Assembly: GCF_009914755.1 (NCBI RefSeq)
Contig: NC_060947.1
Source: the human T2T-CHM13v2.0 reference genome, Homo sapiens
DNA length: 64,000 bases
Strand: one strand, 5' to 3'
Shown here in pieces: positions 41,685-55,559 of this stretch; position 1 is the stretch's first letter, and every line of letters begins with the position of its first letter. A model generated the notes under the pieces. It was not told the DNA's origin. It was given only the letters and a program-made list of their open reading frames with translations, and made no database searches. The translations under genes and the position numbers were made by a program.

Positions 41685-42495
41685 TTCAGTTCAATGCTTT
41701 ATGAGTTTTGACCACGTGCCAGGCACTATGTTATAAAGGTAAACAAACAGATTTCTGCTCTTGATTAGTTCAAGGCAGATACAGAAATAGATAATTTAAC
41801 ATAATGTGGTTAAGTGTCATGAGTGCCATGATAGATGTATGCCCAGAATGACATGGAAACACAATGGAGGGAGTTTGGGGCAAGATTCCTAGAAGAGAAA
41901 TGTAAACTTAATTTTGAAGGATGAAGCAAAGGTATTGAGAAAAAGCAAGGCGGGAAGGGTGATCTTGGCAGAGGGAAAAGAATGAACAAAAGTACAGAAG
42001 CATGAAATCATATGAGAGTGAAGGAACTAACTGCTGTCTGGGATTTCTTAGGCATAAAATAAGGTAGGTGGTAGTGGTGAATGAGTTCTAAATGTTTGCT
42101 AGGACTAGGTCCAGGTTCCTCCACTGAGGCTCTGTTGTCAGGTGGTGCCAGTCCTGTGCATTGTAGGATGTTCAGCAGCATCCCTGACTTTTACACATTA
42201 GGTGCCAGTAGCACCTTACCCCCAGTTGTGGCAACTGAAAATACCTCCAGACATTGCAAAATGTCCCTTGAGGGGCAAAAATGTCTCTTGCTGAGAATCA
42301 CCGCATTAAGTCATGGAGAGTGGTATATGCTGATAGCTTTAGACTTAAACTGTGTGTGTTGAGGAGTCTCCACTTTAAAGTGGAGAGCTGACATGATCAG
42401 ATTAGTATTTTAGAAAGATTACTTAGGCTGCATTTTGGGGGACAGGCCGGAAGGAGACCAGACTAGATACAGGATAACCAATTTGGAGGACAGCC
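41685..42495 (-). mobile_element. L2 fragment
   Basis: tgtgccaggcact-like start and gacatgatcagattagtattttagaaagattact; diverged. Confidence 0.6.
42110..42304 (-). mobile_element. MER20 (hAT-Charlie) nested in L2
   Basis: gtcctgtgcattgtaggatgttcagcagcatccctg...ctccagacattgcaaaatgtcccttgaggggcaaaaat...tgagaatcac is the reverse complement of the MER20 consensus. Confidence 0.85.
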
Positions 42496-42704
42496 ATTCA
42501 TTGGTACATTCATCCCTTAATATATCCTTTTATCCAACCATCTGACAGATATCTGGGTCCTGATCCAGATAGACATAGTCCCTGCCTTCATGGAACTTGG
42601 AGTCTGGGACACTGCTTCTCATACTTTTTTGATTTACTCATCCATTTGAGAATCTGATGAAAGCTATGTACTCTCTCCCTAGAAAAAGGCTTCAATGCAC
42701 TAGA

Positions 42705-42955
42705 AGGAAGTAGTTAGGACCTCAGGCTCACGAGTTAAGATTTCTGGAGTTGAAAATTCCATCTGTGTCATTTGCTATCCCTGTGACCTTGGCACGAATC
42801 AGTTAACCTATCTGAGCTTCTGTTTCCTCATTTACAAATTGAATATAGTAACACTATCTTTTCAAAAATTATTATTGGAATTAGATAGGAAAAAATACAT
42901 AGACCATCTAGCACAGTGCTTGGTACATTAAAAGAGCTTTGTAGAGGCTAGCTAT
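42705..42955 (+). mobile_element. MIR SINE
   Basis: ctgtgaccttggc...ttaacctatctgagcttctgtttcctcattt...tagcacagtgcttggtaca. Confidence 0.75.
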
Positions 42956-44759
42956 TTTTGAAAATTATGGAACATGTGTGTATTTGTGCTGGTCCCTGTC
43001 TATTGTTCTGTTCCTTGGCTAGTTCATAAACTCTTAAGTTTAATCATATAGTCATGCTTTCAAGGTTTCTCTTGATTCTATGTCACCAGTCATTTCCTCC
43101 TTGTTTATCTATGCCATTCCTTGAGAATCTTTCTAAGCTATATGTCCTCCAAGAAATATTTGGCTGGTATTGGGATATATTATCTCATATATATCTGTCA
43201 GCCAATTTCATGGCTAATATTTTAGCTTATTACTTGAACTCCCCACTGTTAATTGTAATAGTACTCTTGGTACAATTCCAGCTACAGAAAATGCTACCTT
43301 AATTGATTTCCTTTCTTCTGTCAATAAATGTCTATTTATCTCATGTTAGGTACCATGCTAGGCACTAAGGAGCCAGCTTCAGTCAGGATAGACTAGATTC
43401 CTCCCCTCATAATGTTTATAGTCTTTTGCTGACTTCATTTCCTTCATCTTCCAGTATGTACAAGGGGTTGTTAGTGGCATAGAGCAGTAGACTATTTCTG
43501 TTCCAGTTTATTCATTTTAAGAAGTTAACATTTATGGAAGTGCTCAAAAACATATCATGACTGTTACTATATTTTACAATTGTCACCAAGTGCTAATAAT
43601 TTCTTTTCCCAAAGTTCAAGTGTGCTGAAGAAACCAGTTGTTTCCCAAAAGGTCCTGCCTCCCCATTTCAAACATGACACTTCTAATCTCCCTCTTTTAC
43701 TACACTGGGAGCCTTGTGGCTCATTTAAAAAATGACTCTGTTTGATTTTGATCTGTGAGTCCTCTTCAGTAGGAATTTCCAGGAAGCGTATGATTATCTC
43801 TTCTGTAGTATGCCAGCCCTGGGGAAGATACAGTGACAGGACTGAGTGCTCTCTGCCAGGTGTTATGCCAGCTCCATGTTAGATTTTTCCGCACTTCTAA
43901 AAGCTGACAACTCCAGATTGTTAGCATCACTTTTTGTCAGTTTTCAAATGGTCTTCTCATTTCTTGACACTGATACTCTCTGAGCTTCTTCAAATGTATA
44001 AAAGAGGGAAAAAGCCATCTGGAGAAAGTTTGGTTTTTTGCACTTGGAAAGCATGATGACACCTTTAAGAGTGATGGCCTTTATTGATCTTGCTTTTAAA
44101 AAGTGGAAATTATTAGAAGATGAAATACACCAAGATTACATGGCCTTGTCAACAGGGCAAATTATTTCCCATTATCTTAGATACACACTCTTGTGTCTCT
44201 CTGCATAATGGCTGGAGAGTTTGAAGAACCTCTCAACCTTTGGTCAAATGCATTGGCATGGTCTGTTTCCATGGCTTCCCAATTAGAGTAACTGACACTT
44301 AAGTTGCATTGTTCATTGCAAATGAATAGCTAGGATCAATCTAATCAAGAGTAACAATTTGGCTGATCTTGAGAATTATTCTACTGCAGAGGATATAGAT
44401 TAAATTGCATCTCTCCCAATGTTCCTAAAACATTTTGGAAGTGGGGAAAACAAAGCAAAGCAAAACCAAACCAAACAAAGCAAAACTTCCAAAGTAGTCC
44501 TAGTATATTTCATCTTCTAATAATTTCCACTTTTTGCAAGCAAGATCAATAAGGGCCATCGCTCTTTTAGGTGTCATCCTGTTTTCTAACTGTAGAAAAC
44601 CAAGCTTTATCTAGATGGATTTTCTCTCCTATTTATAAATTTGAAGAAGCTCAGACAATATCAGGGTCAAAACAAAATGTTAAATTTGTGGTTCCTAAAA
44701 TTCCTGTGGCAGAGACTGCTGGTTCTAGGCCTATTCTTATATTCACTCTTTCCTCCTGA

Positions 44760-45245
<486 letters not shown>

Positions 45246-45269
45246 TAGATACTTAAAAAGGCTGCTTAA

Positions 45270-45555
45270 GGAGAGCTGACCCAAGTGGAAGGAAGCTCTT
45301 CTTGCCCTTTCTTCCATTCTGCAATGTGGATATACCAGTGAGAGTTCTAGCAGATGTCATGGACCATGAGGTGGCCTTGAAAATGGAAGTTATGTGTTAG
45401 AGTGGCAAGGCAAAAATACAGAAACCTGGAACCCAGATGACACTGCGGAGCTGCCATCTCAGCCCTAAACCACACATCTAGCCTGGCTGCTCTCTTGCTT
45501 ACATCACTGTCATGTTAGGGTTTTCTGTTATTCTTGGTTGAATCTAATCACAGGG
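45270..45555 (+). mobile_element. Old MaLR LTR fragment (MLT1J/K-like)
   Basis: ggaccatgaggtggccttgaaaatggaag...ggagctgccat...gggttttctgttatt...gaatctaatc. Confidence 0.55.
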
Positions 45556-46169
45556 AAGACAGTGCTCTGTTAGGCTTTGGTCTTGACTGGAGTTACTCAC
45601 TACAACATTACATTCAAACTGGTCTAACAGATTTCTAGTTTTACACCTCTGGATGAATCACCTATGATTGGAAAATTAAATTAAACTAAATTGAAATAAA
45701 TTAAGTCTGAAAGAGACTGATGCATGTAGCAAAGTCCACTAGGGCAGTGTTAAGGGGATGACTAATTGCTTAAACCTAATGATTAACCTCAAGCATTCTT
45801 GAATACCTAGGGCTCCATCTTTGGGTACTTCAAGCTCTTCCAGCTCCATGACTCCTTCATTTAGATCCAGTACTTCTCTCTTATTCTAAAATACTTGTTT
45901 GTCTTCCTATGTTCTCTACCAAGACTATGAGTTTTTGACGGCAAAGATGAGAACTCTTTTATTTTTGTTTTCCTAGTATCTGGCATTAAGCTGGCAAACG
46001 TTTGTTGAATGAAAATATTAGTGCTTCATTGACAGTAATTTTTTAGTCCATGAAAGCATTTAAAAAAATTATAACATGCAAATAGGCTCTAAGAAAAACT
46101 ATTTCTCATCAACATGTTTGTGTCAGTAAATCTGGGTTTCCAGAGACCCACTGAGGTTAGTGTAAATTG

Positions 46170-46354
46170 CCATAAATACCTCAATTTTAAGAAATGCATT
46201 TCCCACTGCCTCCATATTTTAACTTTTCTGAAGTGAAGATGTATCTTATAGTCAATGTGTATGTTTGATGGTACATTTCTCCCCATTACCCAAAGATATC
46301 GAATTGATGTTATGTCTTATAGTCCATGGTGTCTTAGAATTTAGGAAATATGGT
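46170..46354. mobile_element. TcMar (MER104/Kanga-like) non-autonomous DNA transposon relic
   Basis: Imperfect terminal inverted repeats ccataaatacctcaattttaaga and tcttagaatttaggaaatatgg; internal ttttaacttttctgaagtgaagatgtatctta. Confidence 0.55.
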
Positions 46355-46364
46355 ATTTCCATTT

Positions 46365-46655
46365 TGGTCTGGGGAGTCTGGGAATTCCCAAGTCTCTTTC
46401 AGAAAGTCTATGAGGTCAAAACTATTTTTCAAATAATATTATGTGCATTTTGTACTTTATCATGTGTGTACAGTGGGGCTTTCCAGAGGCTACCTCAGGC
46501 TAGTGTATCTTCAGTTTTAAAAAAAATCACACTTTTATTTTCTAATAAGGTAAATATTCATAGGATAAAACCAACAAAAGAATAGCTCGCTGGGGCCCCC
46601 AACAATTTTTAGAAATGCAAATGGGTCCTGAGACCAAAATGCTTGAGAATGGTTA
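46365..46655. mobile_element. hAT-Charlie relic (Charlie4-like)
   Basis: gaggtcaaaactatttttcaaataata...ggctttccagaggctac...gggtcctgagaccaaaatgcttgagaa. Confidence 0.5.
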
Positions 46656-48882
46656 TCCTAGAGGAAAGAAACAGTGAAAGACACCACTCTATTATATAAG
46701 GGTTTCCTTGAAGCTCATTAAGAAAAAAGCATATATTCCTCCTAAGATAGTTCCTGGGGCCATAAGTCCTGTCCAAAAGCATACTGAAGGAGTGGCTGAA
46801 AATCTTCACTTCCTCTAGAGACCCAATGCCTGATGGGTACCATAAAAGTTTGTTCTTACAGGCTGCCTCAGAACAATCAGCACGTACACACTCTCTCTGA
46901 GTCTGCTGTGTAATTGCCACTACCTCATCTTAATAACAGGCATAATTGCTCTGAGTTTCCGTCGACCCTTTCTTGCATCTCCTCTCTGAAGCCTCAATTT
47001 TGGAAATGGCACTTGTGAATACACAGAATGTTTAACCACTTCCAGTTTTCAATTTACAGTCAAAGTCATCTATCAGCAGGAGATGAAGGCCCAGTGTGAA
47101 AACTACAGAATGTCCTTCAGACTCCACAGCTAATTTGTTTGTAAATTTGATTGTTATTGTAAGGAGAACATATTGTACATGATGCTACTTACATGATGCT
47201 ACTTGCCGATTTACTGTTTGTATCTCTGTTTCTCGGGTTTTATCATTACGCTAAAGAACTGAACCCTCTCAGCCCTTCTGGGGGTGGGAAGAGGAATATG
47301 AAAATGTTACTATGTTTTTTTATTTTGAGTCTCTATTTTAATTTAATTTTACATGAATTCATTAAATATCTACTGTATATCTAGCACTGTGGGGGATACA
47401 CATACAGAAGGAGAGGCAATCAGAGTACACAGTTCAAGGTAATAAGAAATCAAATTTGAGGCTGCGTGATGAGCCCATAAAGTCTGAGATAATTCAGAGT
47501 AAGGACAGGACCTCTGCTGGTCTTAACACAGTAGGAAGTGAGACTCTTGTCCTCTTGAGATCCAAGGCTTTGCTTGCATAGGAGCCAGAGACTTATAAAG
47601 AAGCCCCTGAAATCATTCTGCAATTTGTTTCTGCTGAGAAGTTGCAGAAACTTGTCTGTTGCAGGTTGTTAATATTATAGTATTGGCTTGACAGGACAGA
47701 CCAAGCTTCCAATTCCCTTTGGCACCTAAAGCAATTTACAGGCCAGAAGTATGACTGCACAGCTTTTATGAAATGGTCTGATTTCATTGATCAGCCACTC
47801 TGAGATTATGTTTTCATTTCTGTAGCTACTGCTAACCCTTCTTTCTGTTATAATATTTCAGGAAGAAACTATTAAAAATTTTCACCATGGAGATGTTAAG
47901 CTATAAGTGGGCTGGGCTCTGAATGGGAAGGTAAACATCACAACTCATGATTGTTCTACTCAAAAGCTCATTTCAAGTTATACTAGAATTCCACAGATTG
48001 TCTCTCTCATCTTAACTCTGTAATGTTTCCAAATGATAGGGACACTAATAAGAGCAGATGGCCTAATGAACATTTAGAGGGAAGATTTAACTGGTGGTAT
48101 TTTCATTAGGCCTCCAGTGTGCTTCCGGGTTTTGCCCACCACTTCCCTGTGTGTAATACAAAACTGCACTCACTCAACAGATGGCCCAGCTCAAGCTTCA
48201 TGCTTCTAGAACTCTGGAGATCGGCCACCTGACCACTTACCATGTGTACAGAATCATTTAAGGAAGCATGCGGGCTATAGACTTAAGCCTGAACAAAAGC
48301 AAAAAATGGTGATGAATAGTGAGTATCTGAGCTTCAATAAAAGGGGAGGCAAAATCACCCTCACGAATAGCAAATCTGGCTGAGGTCTCCCAATAACAGG
48401 TTCTTACAGATTCAGTAATGATGAAATCCTCTGTGACAAACAGTCCACTCTAATTAATGTTTCATCTAAACTGTAAGCATATCTGAGTGACTCCAGCAGC
48501 AACAATGACATGAAAATCTAACACCTCATTGCACAGTGTGCTAGTTATTAAGCTACTGTCTCACAGCTCCCAACTCACCCCTTTAAAGATGCTGCTTTGT
48601 GATGCTGGGGTTGGGACTCGGCAATCTACATTTTTCTTTTGCCAGCTAGATTTCTGATAGGTCCTGACGATACAGAAAATAAAGAGATTCTGAGAAGCTA
48701 AAGGAGGGAGAAGGGACTTGATCCTTCCTGCTTGCTTTCTGTTCCTGTCAGTGTCATCTCAACAGTAGCCCTTCATCCTGGAAGCAGTACCTGACTGCAC
48801 TTCCAGCTCCTCTCCCTACCCTGAGAATCAGTCTCATTATGCTGCCTCAGAGGCACCAGAAGCAACCAGCTGGCATCTTCTT

Positions 48883-49070
48883 TTTTTTTTTTTTGAGACT
48901 GAGTCTCACTCTGTCGCCCAGGCTGGAGTGCAGTGGCATGATCCCAGCTCACTGCAAGCTCCGCTTCCCAGGTTCATGCCATTCTCCTGCCTCAGCCTCC
49001 TGAGTAGCTGGGACTACAGGCACCCGCCACCTCGCCCAGCTAATTTTTTGTATTTTTAGTAGAGATGGGG
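48883..49070 (-). mobile_element. 5'-truncated AluY
   Basis: gctcactgcaagctccgc...gccattctcc; 15-bp TSD AGCTGGCATCTTCTT at 48868-48882 and 49073-49087. Confidence 0.93.
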
Positions 49071-49283
49071 CTAGCTGGCATCTTCTTCTCAGAGGACTAG
49101 GTCCTACCTCCATGGAGCAAATTCTCCAACTTTCTAGGTTCTGACAACCCCAACCTCTTCCCTTTGTTTCCCCAGTCGGAGAGATGGTGGCCACTTCCTA
49201 CAGATATTATCTCTATCTCTTGTTTTTTTCTGACCCTGTAACATCTGTACATCACATTCTCTATATTAAATCCTCTCTGTTAA

Positions 49284-49643
<360 letters not shown>

Positions 49644-50526
49644 TGACTAACATTCACAACATTAACCCACATACAAGGATAGAGGAACAGCAATACACTA
49701 TTGTAGGTCAGTGGTAACAGAAAACTAGTAAAGGTGAACTGGAAGCAGCAAGGACTATTTTGGCCCCAGAGACTTTGCTATGAAAGTCCAGAAATCCACT
49801 GTGCTTGGATGTTATAAAGTTGGTTGTGAATGATTTTATCCAGAGCTTCTCTGACTCTGGAAATGCCATGTTTATGTCATTATTCTCTAGAAACTTCTCA
49901 TTCTTGCAATTTTTGAGAATGATTTCATGGTCGATCATGTGACTCTCCCATGTTATTCGGAGACACAATTCTGTACCAAATGGTTCATGAAGTTGCCCCG
50001 TGACAACATTTCCTATGTGCTCAATTGTTAACAGTAATACATTAGATATTTACTATTAAATTTCTTTTATATTCACTCTTGCTAGTTTTCTTGTCAGACA
50101 TTGCAATTACTCCTTCAGAATCCTCTTCTCATTGATTTGGAGTTGGAAGTGTGTTTTGAGATGCGCCAAATGAACCCCTGCTCTTTGTTATGTATCTCAA
50201 GATAAACACGTTTCAACAGGTGTAGCCTGTTGGTAACATTTTATATGTCCCCATGTTTACTTTTCCAAACACACCAACTTTTGCATGAAAAGATGGCACT
50301 CTTGCTGACAGCCAAATAACTTTCTCTTTGAGTTGTATTTCCATTTGATAAAGAGGGGTTGGCACTGATTCGTGCACTTTCCCCTCTCATAATTAATAGA
50401 GAGTGGGAGTAGGTTTAAAGGTACAGTGTAGTCTGAAATTTAGTTAGGCCAACTGGCTTGCATTGGGACTCAGCACAGGATGTTATCCCTAGAACCTGAA
50501 GACACTAACCACTGAATTTACTTCTA

Positions 50527-50685
50527 GAACTCCTGGCATCAGGTGATCTGCTTGCCTCGGCCTCCCAAAGTGGTGGGATTACAGGCCTGAGCCACTGTGC
50601 CTGGCCTCTGACTGAATCTTGACTAGTATTCACAACATCAACCCACATACAAGGATAGAGGAACAGCAATACACTATCGTAGGTC
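50527..50685 (+). repeat. 159-bp direct-orientation copy of 49551-49709 (Alu 5' end plus flank)
   Basis: Ungapped alignment with 142/159 identical; includes the Alu TSD and the non-Alu flank ...cccacatacaaggatagaggaacagcaatacacta. Confidence 0.95.
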
Positions 50686-50778
50686 TTCTGTATCTTAGAG
50701 AGATACAGAAGTATCTTAGATATTTCTGTATCTTAGAGAGATACAGAAGTATCTTAGATATTTCTGTATCTTAGAGAG
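50686..50778. repeat. 38-bp tandem repeat (2.4 copies) made of nested palindromes
   Basis: Unit TTCTGTATCTTAGAGAGATACAGAAGTATCTTAGATAT at 50686, 50724 and partially at 50762; the copies are identical. Confidence 0.95.
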
Positions 50779-52136
50779 CTTCAGGTTCACCTCAGGTCAT
50801 GGCACCTGCTGAGCAAAATGTGTGGAAGACTGAGTGGTTCAAAAGCAGGTTTGCAAGCCTTGCATCTTGTGACTTGCCCTGAACTTTGAAGATGCTTTTC
50901 CTCTGGTGCTTAATAGTTTTAATAAGAGCTAACGTGCCATTGTCCTTTGTGTGGAAAGAGGACACTGCTGAGGGAGTTTTATTTATGTGATAAATTATGT
51001 TTTTGATATAGCATTGAGCACGGTACTTGACTTTTATTTTAAGGCCCCTGACAACTTTGGCTATTTGCTTGTGTGCAGACATTTCAGCAGAATTTGGATA
51101 TGCTGGAGCTGAGGATGTTGGCCTGCTGTTCTCTACTTATATAAACAACCTGAGCTGTCACTTTGGAGGGAGCAATGGAAATATCTCTGATAACAGGTTA
51201 TTATATTGTGATTTTGCCTAAGAGATGCAGGCCTGAAAAACAGTTAAAAAAAGGTTTAAATAAATTTGGAGAAAGGATACAATATTTAAATGAACTCTGC
51301 GGATAGTCTCATTGCATTGTTTCTCCCAGTTTATCATTTTGTTAAATTTGGTTTTTTTTATATATATAATAGACTTAAGAAAACTGATAGATGTGTTGGA
51401 AACTTGAATATCTTGATAAAAACAGAAGTCATTAGTTAGATGAAAAAATTCATAGACCAAACTTGCTTCAAAAATCCTAGGATGCTGCTTTCTTCTTATG
51501 ATATATCAGCTTCTTTCCTTTTGACTTCCCACTTAGCTGGGAGCCTTTTTGTTTTGTCTTGGGAAAGTCATATTCTTCATAGTGACCTAGATAAACTCTG
51601 TCTTCTTTCTTATGTACTCTAATATTTATTTTTTTGTGTGTGTGAAATTGACCCACCTAGAATGGCTGCAGGCCACCCACTGAATGAGCTGCTTTTTTAC
51701 TTCTTGATTTCAAAGAGATAGAGGATGATCTAACATCTTACATTCACAGATGTATAAAACTCATACTACATTCCAGCCTCAGCTCCATAGTCATCACAAC
51801 AGTATGTGAAAGTAGAAAGAAGATGAAGTATTTGGGGCACCATTCAATGACTATAGTGAACATTCATTAAGTGATCTAGACAGAGCTTCACATCAGCACT
51901 AGGGAGACAAAACATTCTGGGAAGGTCACAGCAGGTTAAGACCAGTCTCTGGAACATGTTTGCTACAGCCCATCACACTCACCTACAGACAGATATATGC
52001 CTCTCTGTAAAAGGTACACCTATGTGAAAAGGACAGAAAGGAAGATTATATAATTTCTCTATCAGTTCTAAACTTCTTGGTCCCTTTTAGTTTTGTAAGC
52101 TATCAGTTCAATTCTCTTTTGTGAGCAGAAGGTCAA

Positions 52137-52395
52137 ATACTACTACTACTACTATTACTAGTAATAGTAATAATAATAATGATAAAATAATAATCTATTG
52201 AACGCTTATGAGCCAAACACTTTGCTAAGTGATTTATGCATATTACCACATTAAATTCTCACAACCTCCCTATGGGGAAAGTAACATTATCACCCCCATT
52301 TACAGATACAGAATTTTTTCCCAGGGGCACACACCTAGCAAGTGGTGGATCTAGGATTTAAACCCAGGCAGTCTGTATTCCCATACCATTAAGCT
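52137..52395 (-). mobile_element. MIR SINE with (TAC)n(TAA)n tail
   Basis: ttctcacaacctccctatgggg...attatcacccccatttacagat...ggatttaaacccaggcagtctg. Confidence 0.8.
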
Positions 52396-53454
52396 TTACT
52401 GACTTTATATATTGGTATAATTATGAAGAACAGTCTACCCTAAAGGCCTGATTTTGTCTCTTGCATCCTCTATTAAAGGATTAGAGAAAGGTTTGGCTCT
52501 CCTTTGCCGTTCCAGAAGGTGTTTTTCTGCATTTGACAGAGCCAGGAGACTAGGTCTGGGTTGCATAAGCAATAAATAACATTAAGCAAAAATGCATTTA
52601 AATTAGAGACTGACAACTACAGATATTCAAAATCAGAAAAACCACCTTGCAGACTTACTTGGTTCTTGTGTCCTCCCATTTTAGCAAGTGTATGATGAAT
52701 CAACAGAAAATACTTCATGAAGATGCCAATTAACATCTTACATCATCTCTTTTATTTGTAAAGCCCTTCACACTTTTCCAAGTGCTTTCACATTAAAAAA
52801 GAGAGGCCACTTAATCAACAATTGGGTCATTTATTTAATTAGCCTTCATAAGGAGGAATAATTAACCAGCTCCAAAATTCTAGTGTCAGTTTTTACATCT
52901 AGTACTGAATCCAAAATTATACAGAACCTTCATTTGGGTCAAGAAATAGAAAAAAATGATTTAACATTTTTTTCTGTATTACCATCTTTCAGAGGAGAGC
53001 AGAATAAATGATACAGAACGAAATGTTATTTTTCTAAAATATAGACCCGGTAACTACAAATAGTGTTTATTTAGCATTATTATGTAATTTTCAGCCATAA
53101 ACTCTAATGGATCTCTCATTTACAGGTGAGTAATAATGTGGAGAGCCACTAGGGACTCTGAAAAAAGCCTTTTTAAATGGCTTTTGGTGCTGTTGTCAAA
53201 TCAGAGTCTAAACAACTCTTCCTGCCATCTCATGCTCTGTGACAGCATAATTTGATTGCTATGTAGACTGAAGTTTGTGCCACTTTCCTTCCACATGCCT
53301 ACCTAACTGACATGGCAAACGTACACATAAAAGCCAAGGTTACATGTAATGCCATATGGTCTCTTTTTTCACTTCTGATCGGCTCCAACAATTTATAGTT
53401 GCAAGTGCCTTTCAAAAAAGAAACTTCCTTCATGTGTGTTTTCTCATTTAACTG

Positions 53455-53610
53455 ACATGACCTCCTTAGGAGACATTACATGTTTTTATCCCACTTTTTA
53501 TTGGTGGAGAAACTCAGGCTCAGAGATCTTAATTAACTTGTCTGAGGTCTCACTGCAAATAAATGGCAGAATATGGACTCACACCCAGGATTGTCTATAC
53601 TCCTTCTACT
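53455..53610 (-). mobile_element. MIR fragment
   Basis: ggagaaactcaggctcagagatcttaattaacttgtctgaggtctcac. Confidence 0.65.
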
Positions 53611-55049
53611 AGAACACTCTTAGTCAAAGGAAAATAGGTGAATTAGGCAACTGTCCAGAGAAGTTTGGTAAAACATGCCTCTGTACTCCTGAAGAAATAT
53701 GAATAATTGTTCCTGGCTTATAAACATGTCTGGTAGAAAGTTTGCTCATTTTTATTCAGTAGTCATCACTTTCTGATTTAAATACTTTCACATTTAAGGT
53801 AATTGACATATTGAGGTCTTTGAGAAGAGTGTGGCTAAGTTAACAATGCCTTCCTGCTATGGTTGATGTAGATTGAGCTCCCTCTTTATCTTGTAGGAAC
53901 TAACAAGCACTCCCATTTCTGCACTTATAATATAAGCCTTTGGATCAGCGGGAGGAATTGGCTGTGACTCGTGGTTTGACTGAGTGCATGTGGCTCAAAT
54001 GAATAGAACAAAACATTGCTGATTTAGGATGCTTATGTTTGGACTCCTGCAATAGCCCATTGCTGAGCAGTTAAAATTGCTGCTCTATTGTTGTGGTCCA
54101 GGCATGAGAACGGTGAAAGAAAATGGGAAAATACACTGGAGGTTTGGTTGGTATGGCTTTTAATGCCATCTAATCTATTAGTTGATAGTTACTATGAAAA
54201 TAGTTAATTCAATTGGTTAAACTAACCATGACCAATTAGGATAGAGTAAATGTTTGGCATAAGGGCCACCAAATGACATTTTTCGTTCCATTCTACTACT
54301 CCCTGGGCCTCATTAATTTGCTGTTTGATCTTCTGTCCACTCTCTAATCTTCTCTTATCCTTTCTTCACCTCTCTTTTTTTCCCACCTATTTGTGCCTAC
54401 TGCACACTGGTATTACTGACCCTTGAGAAATGTGTTTTCAAATATTTCAGATATATAGCTTTCATCGTCCCTGTCTTGCTGTCTACCTGTAACTCACTCT
54501 TTCCTTCTACCACATGCCCTTGTGTCTGAATTATCTGGAGTGTGGCCAGAGACCTTTTCTTTGCTTTGACAGTGAGATAAGTTCCATAGTCATGGAAACA
54601 TTGAGAGGGTGTGGTGGGGTGGAGGTGGTGAGATTTTCATCTTTGGTGGCAAGAACTTTTAAAATAAACTTTCTTTTCTTTTTCCCCTGGGAGATCCCTT
54701 TATTCAAGCAAACTTATTATAATTCAGATTTTCTTGATTCCCTACAGAGCTTCACAAAACTCACAAGTCTGTCCCTGCAGGGAATTTCATTTATAGTGGC
54801 CTTCATTTGAAAGATCTAATTCTGTTCTCTTTCAGTGTGCACATGGGAGACTGATGGAAGTGCACAAAGAAAAGCAAGTAATCCATGAAGAAGTTGAGTT
54901 TCAATATCATCTGTATCAGTATCACTCAGGATGATGAAGGACATTCTGTAGACATGAAAGGGTTGGCAAGGGAGAGAGGGAAAGACAATGACAGATGTTA
55001 GGCAAGAGTTTAAGAAGGGGAAAAGAAGGTGCCTTTTCTGTTAAAGAAA

Positions 55050-55342
55050 ATTTTTTTTTGAGACATTGTTTCACTCTGTCATCCAGGCTGGAGTGCAGTG
55101 GCACAATCACAGCCCACTGCAGCCTTGTCCCCTGGGTTAAGGTGATCCTCCCAACTTAGCCTCCCGTGTAGCTGGGACTACAGGCATGCACCACCATGCC
55201 CGACTAATGTTTGTATTTTTTGTAGAGACGGGGGTTTCGTCCTGTTGCCCAGGTTGGTCTTGAACTCCTGAGGCTCAAGTGATCTGCCCACCTCAGCCTC
55301 TGAAAGTGTTGGGATTACAGGCATAAGCCACCATGCCTAGCC
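55050..55342 (-). mobile_element. Alu (AluJ)
   Basis: gcacaatcacagcccactgcagcc...tgatcctcccaacttagcc...gaactcctgaggctcaagtgatctgccc. Confidence 0.93.
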
Positions 55343-55419
55343 CTCTTCTGCTTTAAAACTACTGTTTTTTTTTTCTTTTTTTTCCACCCAGATTGCTGTA
55401 ACTTTTCATGCCTGGATGA

Positions 55420-55422
<3 letters not shown>

Positions 55423-55459
<37 letters not shown>
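55423..55459. repeat. (TG)n microsatellite, about 18 units
   Basis: Perfect run. Confidence 0.97.
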
Positions 55460-55461
<2 letters not shown>

Positions 55462-55559
55462 TTAAAACAACAGAAAATGCTGAACCCACTTGTATAAAAT
55501 TAAATTGACATATAGATTTTGAAGAGGAGGCTGCATATTACCCCTTCTACAGAGCTGTG

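Noticed and set aside
48655-48690. CTCF motif usually carried by LTR41
   Set aside because: The expected AGGGGGCGC core is not recognisable in this copy.
50686-50778. CRISPR-like array of palindromic repeats
   Set aside because: The units are directly adjacent with no unique spacers, there are no cas genes, and the context is a primate intron.
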